DNA from: Chrysomallon squamiferum
Lineage: Eukaryota; Animalia; Mollusca
Length of the DNA stretch: 64,000 nucleotides
Assembly (NCBI GenBank): GCA_012295275.1
Contig: CM022671.1
Coordinates: forward strand, 24,366,001-24,430,000
Direction: 5' to 3'
In this document: one piece after another, positions 54,237 to 64,000 of the stretch
How the letters are laid out: each line of letters begins with the position of its first letter
Numbering within the stretch: position 1 is the stretch's first letter
Translations under genes and position numbers: made by a program
Notes under the pieces: generated by a model
The model's database searches: none
The model's input: only the letters and a program-made list of their open reading frames with translations
What the model was told of the DNA's origin: nothing

Positions 54237-54324
<88 letters not shown>
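54237..54324. repeat. (GA)n microsatellite
   Basis: Direct read, one interruption. Confidence 0.97.
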
Positions 54325-54326
<2 letters not shown>

Positions 54327-55082
54327 AACAGACAGACAGACAGACAGACGGGGGAAGCAGAGCAGACAGTCATGCTTGAATACACGTAGGTTGGCAGACA
54401 GGAAACCAATCAGACAAAGATATTTTTACCGCATTAGTTTTACAGACTTCGACTGTGTTTAGTTAGGTATATTAGGAAGGTAAAACGTTTGCAGATTTAT
54501 GTGTTTGATTGTTTGTTTGACTGTTTGGTTCTTTGTTCTTTTGATCAATTGTTTGTTCAACTGTTTGAATTTTTTGTTTTGTTTACCTCTATATTTGCTA
54601 GTTAAATGACAATTTTAGGAGGTTTTTTTTTTTTTCTGAGAAATTTTTATGGAGCTGTGAGATAAACATTTGTTTAAGCTAGTACATTTTTCTTTGCATT
54701 AATTGTTGCGCAATGAATGGAAGCCTGGGTGAATGAATAAACAATTCCGCGGATTCCAAAATATCGAATGTATTTGAGTAGCTTGCCTACCAGACATTTC
54801 TGGGTACAGAACGCAGACAAAGATACATTTACTCTATCTGAAAGCTATTTGCAGCGTTCCAATCTGATTGTATCTGACAAAATGATATAACACACTAGAC
54901 AGGAAGTTAAATGTAGAAGCAGCAGATGTTTCTTTAATTGCTCAAAATACACAAATTATAGTAGATAAAATGTCATGTATTGATAAAGTTTGGTATCCGA
55001 CAGTATACAAATAGTAATATGAACACATGTTTATTATTTTTTTATTATTATCAATTGTTTTTATTTATTTATTTATCTATTT

Positions 55083-55114
<32 letters not shown>

Positions 55115-55310
55115 TATTTCTTTATTTTATATTTTATATTTATTTATTTATTTTATTTTATTTGTTTTATAATATATATTTATATATATATATATATGTA
55201 GAATAAATATATAGTAGTTTGTATGCAACAAGGTTGTATTATCAAAAACAGAATGTTTATTACCGTGTTTATATGTATTCATATTTATTCATACACAGTG
55301 ACAGTACACT

Positions 55311-55314
<4 letters not shown>

Positions 55315-55401
<87 letters not shown>
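55315..55401. repeat. (AG)n microsatellite
   Basis: Direct read. Confidence 0.97.
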
Positions 55402-55404
<3 letters not shown>

Positions 55405-57084
55405 ACAAAGGCTGAAAAAAATTATGGCATTCATTTTATTCATTTTTTTCTATACAACAAAGGTTAATTAAATATTCAGTCTATGAACGATTAACTTAAA
55501 TAGTGCTTAAAATATTAACACATTTGACATATCTGATTAATGACATTTTATAAAATGAATAAAATAATAATTTGACTAATATTCGAGTCCTAACATCGAC
55601 ATGGAGAACAAATCATAAAAATTAGACAGTAATTACAGACAGATTCAAGGAAATGTACGACTTTCATCCCAGTTCTAAACTGAACCAAATTAACAATAAA
55701 GTTTCTGTTAACGAAACATCTGCAGTTCGCCACATACCACAATCATAAATCATTCTTTATGAAACCAGCACGGAAGTCAAAAGTACCACATTCCTTGATA
55801 TCCTGCGATCTTCTTCTTTTTCTTTTTTTTTTTTTTTTTTTTTTTTTTTCATCTGTGCCTTCACGGCCAGATACCTTTCACAGCTAATTAACAATAAATC
55901 AAGTATTTTTCCCACAGGTATTTTCTACACTATGTCGTAGTGACCTATATCCCGCCTCAGAGGGAAAGCAACTCATTAACAGAATGCTCAGTGAGTTTCC
56001 TGCTTCGTTCACGAAACAGTTAGCTAAAAACCATCGCCTGTGATTTAACGTCTTTAATTTCAACCCGAGAGCGGTTTGTTTGCTCTGTGCATGTGAGTTG
56101 TTTTAAGAAATAGAAATGGTTGCTGGCTGTTTATTGCCCGCTGGAGTCGATATTTCGGCTGTCGGTTCGTTTCGAGAACTATTTCTGAAATCTTTATTGC
56201 TGGGTTAATGGTTTACACCTTGTGTTTTTTAGCTTTTTGTTTGGAATTTATTGTTGTTGGAAACTTGAAAAGCGGCTACAACTATTTTTAGTTTCTATTT
56301 TATTATTATTATTTTTTTTTTGAAAACTACTTTTTTTTTATTGCAAACTGTACTGCATTGTTTATTCGGAATTAGCGAATTTTACACCGACGTTGTTGCC
56401 TTTTGCTAGTTTTGTCTATTAATAATATTATTTCAAAGAAATCTGACCATTATTCATTTACAGTAATTTGACTACCGTGATTTAAAAATGTTCGGACTAT
56501 CATCATTAAGCCTATGGCTTCATTTATTATTTTATTAATTTATTTATATGCTGTTGTTAGCAGGTATTCCTTCATTTCGGTGCTAACATTCACAGAACTT
56601 TAACAATGTTAAGTATGTTTTAAAATATTATGTTGGATTGTTGTTGGTTTTGTGGTTTAAAAAAAAAAAGAAAAAAAAGAAGAAAAGAAATGCGATAAAT
56701 TCTATTTACGGTCTAAGGGAAGTAACTCCAATTAATTTTGATTCTAATAACTTTTATTATCTATCGCTTAATTCAGCTCTTTTATTTGATGTTACAACAA
56801 CAACAACAACAACAACAACGTTATAATAAATCTTCTGCAGGTTTTGTACAGCAGAGGTTTCTATTATTTATTTATTTTAAATTTTCATTTTATTCTAGTT
56901 AATCGGGGACTCAGTCTTTCCAAACCATTTTGGCTAACTAGCGTTAACCTTATTGTTTGCCTGCAATAGAAGAAAAACTCAAACAGTATTAATGAACTTA
57001 ATGATAAATTTGAGATATACATATATCTGAAATGTTTGAAAAAACATTCAGTTTAACTATATCCGATGGCTCAACTGTTGTTCA

Positions 57085-57442
57085 ATTATTTATTTTATTT
57101 TATTTTATTTTATTTATTAATTTTAATTTTAATTTTAATTTATTTTATTTTTGTTGTTGTTGTTGTTGTTGTTGGTTTATTTTCTTCTTTTTTTCGCATT
57201 TAATTTTCATTTGCCTTTTTCTCTCTCTCTCTTAACCACTAAAATAAAAATTATTTCAATCTAAATAACTTTTAGTCTGAACAATTTACCTTAATTTGAG
57301 TTATCTCCCTTACTCCAGTACGATAAGGAATTATCCCGCGATGAATGTTACTAAAACTAACTTCTATGGCCGTTACTAGTATCTCAGTCTATCTGACTTT
57401 CTGTCAGTCTTCTGTTTGTCTCTCTCTCTATCTGTCTATCTC

Positions 57443-57491
<49 letters not shown>

Positions 57492-57585
57492 TTTATTTTT
57501 ATTTATTTTATTTTATTTATTTTTTGTTGTTTTTGTTGTGTTTTTTTTTTCACATTTAATTTTCATTTGTTTTTCTCTCTCTCTG

Positions 57586-57624
<39 letters not shown>

Positions 57625-57810
57625 ACCACTGAAATAAGAATTATTTCAATCTAAATGAAGTTTACTGTCTGAACAGTTTGCCAACGTTTGAGTTATCTCC
57701 CTTACCCCAGTATGATAAGGAATTATCCAGAGATGAATATTACTAAAACTAACTTCTATGGCCGTTACTAGTATCTCAATTTATCCGACTTTCTGTCATT
57801 CGTCTGTCTG
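57085..57810. repeat. Tandem duplication, 2 x about 390 bp
   Basis: Core attatttcaatctaaat...gagttatctccctta...actaaaactaacttctatggccgttactagtatctca at about 57250-57390 and 57640-57780. Confidence 0.88.
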
Positions 57811-59151
57811 ACTGTCTATCTATCTATCTATTTATCTATTAATTTATTTATTTATATATTTACTGACTAACGGAATGTGATAAAAATCTGTTTCAGCATT
57901 AATCTTAAACCTTAAACTTTGTCATTTGATTGTTTTTCTTACATCTTAGATATGATACTAATTAATTAATCATATGAATTAAAAGGACTGTTAAATAATA
58001 TTATTTTGATTTCTTGATCTTTCATTCTAGTAAAGATAAGGAAACGGGTCAGCTTTCATACTTTAATATCTGTAAATATATTTCAAATGCATCAACTTTC
58101 AAACACTATTTATTCTTTTCTATTCGTTTCAAAAGAAAGTTAGAAATAATTGTATACTTTAAAATTGTGTTGCATCCTATCCTAAGGTTCGGAATAAACT
58201 GATCCATTTGAAAACCCTATCATTTAAAATAGACTACAGTATTTCCCTCTTTTCTTTCTTTTTGTACAATAATAATAATAATAATAATAATAAAAACGAA
58301 CGATGAAGTGCTAGAGCCATGTTGAGTTTATTTCTGTCCTCTTCTTGTTAAATGAAGAAAGGAATTCTTCGCTCGACTGGAGTCATTTTCTGCTGGGTTT
58401 TTTTTCTCGAACGGTAAAACGTGCAGTTTACTGACAAGCTGGCTGCTGCATGTTTTACAGATACAACGTATCCATAGCGTTCTTGTTTTAGCTCGACCCG
58501 GTCAAATGTAGCTCATGCTAACGACGACAGGTAAAGGAAAAAATATGTTACAGATGTGTCTGTGTACAAATGCCTGGGTGTGCCCGAAAGTGGCCTTGAT
58601 ACTTCACCGGATGTTTTTTGTCAACTTCTTCTTCTTCTTTTTTTTCTTTTTATATATCTTTATTTTGTTGTTCCTTCTTTCTTTTGTCACTATTCCATAA
58701 TTTATTGTATTTAAATACAAGAGTCTACTCTTCTTTTTAATCTAAAGGCATATTCTTATTATTAAAGATATTTAGAAACATTCTGGTTTTTTTTTTTTTA
58801 ACAGTTTCTTTAGGATTATTTTTAGGGGGAGTGTCTGTTGCCTATTCCTTCTTATTTATTTATTTATTTATTTGATAACCTGAAGATAATTATAGATGAT
58901 TCTCGTAGCTGTTTAATTTATGCTTCGTAGTATAATTTTTTGTTTACTATTAAGATAAACATATTGCCTCAGGAGTTGTATCGTATTGCCTTAATAAAAT
59001 TACTCCATAAATATCTATAAACTAAGTTTCTGGATTCTCGAAAGAAAAACAGAGATTACATAACTATCCATCATCATAAAGTTATATTTAGAAAACCGCG
59101 TAAACTACAAGAGCTGATAAACAATTTTGCACCGAGCGTTAAACGCTGTGG

Positions 59152-59298
59152 AAATGCAAATAACGATGTTATACGACTGTATCCGAACAAATGCGAAGTG
59201 CCATAAAAAAAAAAACTGGACGCCATAAAATGCAAATAACGATGTTAGACGGGTGTGTCCGAACTAACCCGAAGTGCCATAAAAACTGGACGCCATAA
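59152..59298. repeat. Tandem duplication, 2 x about 73 bp
   Basis: aaatgcaaataacgatgtta...cgaagtgccataaaaactggacgccata occurs twice. Confidence 0.88.
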
Positions 59299-59596
59299 AG
59301 CACGGTGAATATACTGAAGATGTCAGATCGCTGTCTTGGGTTCCTGCGTAAACAATCTGCTGAAGATTTTTATATACAGTTTGGTATTTTATCTCGCATC
59401 TGACCTTTTCCAGCAAGACTGCAGATGCTGTACGGCGAAGCACTGACCGGACTCTTCTGATTAAATCAAACTGTGCGGGCTCTAAGCGCCAAAGTGCAGT
59501 CGATAAGTAGACTCCAAAGAATTAAGTTAATAAACAGCGTCACGTAATTTAAATAATGTTAGCTCAGTACACCTACCACTTATGTAATAGTCATTT

Positions 59597-59599
<3 letters not shown>

Positions 59600-59659
<60 letters not shown>
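59600..59659. repeat. (TC)30 microsatellite
   Basis: Direct read. Confidence 0.97.
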
Positions 59660-59662
<3 letters not shown>

Positions 59663-59883
59663 CGTGAAATAACATTCACATTTTCTTCTGTTGATTTTTT
59701 TTTTTTACTGTTGGAATGAAAATAGACACAGAAAAGTAGAAAGATAAATCTCGTCTTGTACACTTTATTATAAATCAACGTAAGTTATCTTCTTAAGCTT
59801 TCAGTTAAACAGTTTCATATTATCATAAAACTGGCATGTATATTATTATTGTTGTTTTGATTATGATGATGATGATGATGATG

Positions 59884-59925
<42 letters not shown>

Positions 59926-61013
59926 ATTATTGATTTGGCTGTTTTTCATTCTTTTTTTAAAGTATAATCTCTATAACTTTTTTTTTTTTTTTTCCCCCCT
60001 ATTGCATCCTTTTTTAGTTCGTTTGTTTCATAACCATCAACGTTTTCCCACATTATCCAGTTATTATATACTTACACCTTACTGTTCCTTCTTTCTGGTT
60101 CATCGTTGTTTCTCATCGTTTTCCTCCTTTTCACTTTTTTATTTTTTTGTTTCTACCTTACGCAACAATATGTTATCGATGGTATTGCGTAACAGAATGT
60201 TATTGGTGGGGCTTCGTTTAACGAACTCGCGATGTCGGCTGCTCTTGGCAGGGGCGATAATTACGTCTCACACGCGAAAGAGCTACAAGGAGAGAGACAG
60301 AAGATGTAATTAACAGACAAACTGCAGATGCAGACAGACACTGGGTTCCATTACCTTGACCAGATTTGGTTCTCGTTGGCTTTTGGCACCAGAAATGTGT
60401 CCGATGTATGATACCTCTGCAGAAAAACACTCACAACTCAATGATGTTTGATTTCTGAATAATATGTCCACTCCTTAACTAGGCGAACAAAATTCTGACG
60501 TTTATTTCTGATTCTAAGAGTAGAACTAACAGATTTAGTAAAAGATCATTCAGGTTTTTTTTAATGTTTACTACTTACTGAATTCCATAACAGATCTTCT
60601 CGGCTGTTTGCAGTTATTACGTTAACTGCGATTGTTACTCAACACAGGAATGTGGACAAAGCATTCTGTGATGGAAGTAAATTGACTTAATCGTAACTGT
60701 TACTATGAAACAGTCTGAACGCAGTAAACCTGGTTATATTTAGAGTTAATGGTGAGATATCCTATATCGTATTCTTCAAAAGCGATTTATATGAAGTATT
60801 TTTACAACTGAAAAAAGAAAAAAAAAAAAAAGTCCAGCTGTTTTCTTCTCTGTCTTTTCTTTCTTTCTTTTATATTTATTTATTTATTTACTTATTTGTT
60901 TATTTGTGTCGTAAAGTAGATTTTGGACTGACGAACACAAGTTTGATTTTCTCCCTTAGTGAACGCTCTCCGGTTCTGAAGTGAGTGAAGAAAACGAGTC
61001 TAACAGGATTGCT

Positions 61014-61102
61014 ATGTCAAAAGTACTAAAATCTCGCGATAAAGAATTGGATGAAAAAGACAAATCTCCCGACAAGACAGCAGACGATAACTATTCGTCA
61101 AG
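61014..61102 (+). CDS. Probable alternative initiating exon (MSKVLKSRDKELDEKDKSPDKTADDNYSS) of an unidentified gene
   Basis: Exon 60960-61102 has a strong acceptor (ttttctcccttag) and donor AAG|gtaatt; in-frame TGA at 60960 precedes ATG 61014; phase 2. Confidence 0.55.
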
Positions 61103-61290
61103 GTAATTAAAATCAGTCTCCCTTTTCCTTCCCTACTGACATTTTTAATGCACCAGCCCCTGTCCCCCCCCCCCAGTTTTTCAGCACGTAATTGTTAATA
61201 ATTAATAAACCAAATGTGACGGCGGGACCATCTTCTGTTCTACTGACTGAGAGTCAGTATTAGAAAAGAAGAGAAACAGACACTATGGGT

Positions 61291-61401
<111 letters not shown>

Positions 61402-63196
61402 GAATTTTAACTTTAAATCTTAATAATTTCTAAGAAGCACAGTGTATTAACTAGATTAGATATCATTTGGGTCAGATAAACCGCGCTTTCTACGCCTTTC
61501 ACAAAGACTCAGATGTTTATTAAATAACAAGTTTCCGATAAAACAGGAAAAGTTAAATGAACAACGAAATACCTCATTATAAAATCACATACATATACCC
61601 TCCCCCTATATATATATATATGTGTATGTATTCATACATACATACATACAATCATACAATGATATATATATATATATACACATATGCTTAAAATAGTTAA
61701 AGACGAAGAATATTTATAAACATTGCTGTTCGGAACTAAAACCTTTACTGTTAGTACATAATGGCGAGTTTGGCAGAAGGAATGTTTGGCATGTTTACAT
61801 AGATCTTGTTTGATGCGAGTATTTTAAGACTAAGGTCAGATTTTTTATTTATCCGAGTAGTAAACTTGAGAAGGTGTATATTTCACTGAAATCGCACAGA
61901 CCTCAGTGAAATGGCATTGTGGATTTTCTTTTTGTTGTAATTTATCTCAAGTTCCTAGATCCGTAAACGTCATTGAAATTGCTTTGGGAAGTTACAGTAA
62001 TTGTTCCAGATTCCCCAAAATAAAATGTAGCCTTTCTGTATTCAGTTCAAAAGGTTTCAGCGGCAGAAAGTGTGTGTTCAGTGTTTTATTTATTCAGAGC
62101 AGGGTTGGAGTTTAATGCTATCTGTAGTGGAGAGGTGATGGTCTACTTTTAGAAATGTAGGCTACTTGGGCGTGTTTCGATACTGTTTTCTTTCTAATCA
62201 AACCCTGTTGGTGGAATAAGGTAATTAGGCTACGACTACTGATAATGTGGATATAAAACGTATGTCTCTGCGAGATAATTGTTAGCTTGTATTTCATGTA
62301 TAATTTAGTCAAACAAGTCATACGTCGGGGTTTGCTAGCTCTATTGTTAGGATGTTTTATGGAAAAATGTTTATGGAAATTTTTAAAAAAAAAGGAATTT
62401 TAGAAAAGATAATTCGAATTAGGAACTATTTTAGAAACAAATCTAAAATGATAAAAATTTTTTTAAAAAATTAGTTTTGGGAATATTGTTTTATAAATTT
62501 CATTAAATAAAAAAAAAAAATAATAATAATAAAGGAAAATAATGACAAAGACGATTTAAAATACAAGAAGAAACAAATTTGAATGACTAGAAAAAAAAAA
62601 AAAATATATATAGCTTTGGGAAAAAAAACACAAAATAAAAATAATTGAAAAAACAAAAACAAAAAAACCAAATAAATAATTAAACAAATAAACGAACAAA
62701 GAACCAAACAAACAAACAAATAAATAAATAAATAAAGAACTGACTACTATTACGTAATTTGAAGAGTTTTCTAGTATTTTAGAAAACAATTTTTTACTGT
62801 TGTTATTCCCATTTCTTGGTCGTGCTGCCAAAGTATCTGAAAAAACCCCAAAAGTGCAATTATGAGTCATTGTCGTCATCTGTATTTAACATTCCAGACT
62901 CGTTACTCTGGATTGTATTAGATACAAACATGTAGCAAACACTGTGAATCAAGCTGCGGTATGTATGTACATAATAACTACAAAGTATTTGTAAATATAT
63001 AAACAAGACCCTAATTATTCTAACAAAAAGAGATACAGTATTATGTTGTGATGCCCAAGGCTTTTTATTTGAATTTTACGATATTTTCAAGTTGGAATCA
63101 GTTGCTAATAATAAAACACACCCACACACACACACACATACATACAACCCATCAAAAACAACAAAAAAAAACCCCACAAAAAACATGGTTTTTACA

Positions 63197-63249
<53 letters not shown>

Positions 63250-64000
63250 TGCTGTCGTTGATGTCGTTGTTCGTGTTGTTTGGTATTTGGTGAAGTTTAG
63301 TAAAAAAAAAAAAACGTAATGATTCATCAGATCTTTGTTGTAACTGTTGTACTTGATAAAACAGGTTCAAATACCACTCCTTATCTTCTTGGCAAATAAA
63401 TCTGTTTTCTGAACTTATGAACACTGATATATAACATTAAAAATAAAGAGTGAAAAAAAAATATATATATATATACCCAATATTTCACGTATACCTTCAT
63501 GTTCTGATTCCATATTTTATATTTGTGTTATTCATTTATCTTTTCTTTTGGCTCTTTTTCCTTTTTTTTTTTTTTTTTTTTTTGTTTTTGTTCTTCTTCT
63601 TCTTCTTCTTCTTTTCTTCTTCTTCTTTTTCTTTTCTTCTTCGTCCATAAGGTTGTGATTATGATTATGATTATGATTATTATTATATTTATTTATTTAT
63701 TTATTTATTTTATTTATTTATTTATTTGTTGATTTGTTTGCAACACTCTGGTAAGAAAAGGTTACCTCATTGACGCCAGAGAGACATTCTAGTTACCTAC
63801 AGACTTAGATTAATAAGAAAGTGACCAAAGTGTTGCCAAGCAGACACATGTTGCTATGGTGTTAATTAGTATCCCAGATTCCATGCAGCATGCGACAAAG
63901 AAACGATTCGAGAGCAAAGCAAACAAGCATTCCGCAGAGCTGGAAGACATCAGCGTGGTTTACTGGCGTGGTTTAGATCTACGTGTGTTTCCTTGTTTGT

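Noticed and set aside
58515-58530. MLTTT + G|gtaaag mini-exon
   Set aside because: Phase 1; joined to 60960 it stops after a few codons. Possibly a non-coding leader only.

Overview
AT-rich, microsatellite-dense eukaryotic (animal) genomic DNA. The style suggests a lophotrochozoan such as a mollusc, but that is inference. Two genes can be spliced by hand with GT-AG junctions and consistent phases. (1) A complete 11-exon ROGDI orthologue (+, 2672-9327, 260 aa). (2) A PRDM14 orthologue (-, pre-SET + PR domain + 6 zinc fingers): 8 secure coding exons at 17648-22787 and a probable distal first coding exon at 32636-32697. The two genes are convergent. The right third (about 41.9-64 kb) looks like the 5' region of an unidentified + strand gene with several candidate alternative first exons that all end in phase 2. 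The rest is introns and intergenic DNA with CpG-rich motif-dense patches, decayed tRNA-derived SINE heads, local duplications, two degenerate minisatellites and many simple repeats. Most ORFs in the supplied track are microsatellite artefacts. I see no prokaryote-type system and no clearly new molecular machine. The best leads are regulatory or splicing-level. All homology calls rest on recalled family sequences, not database searches.
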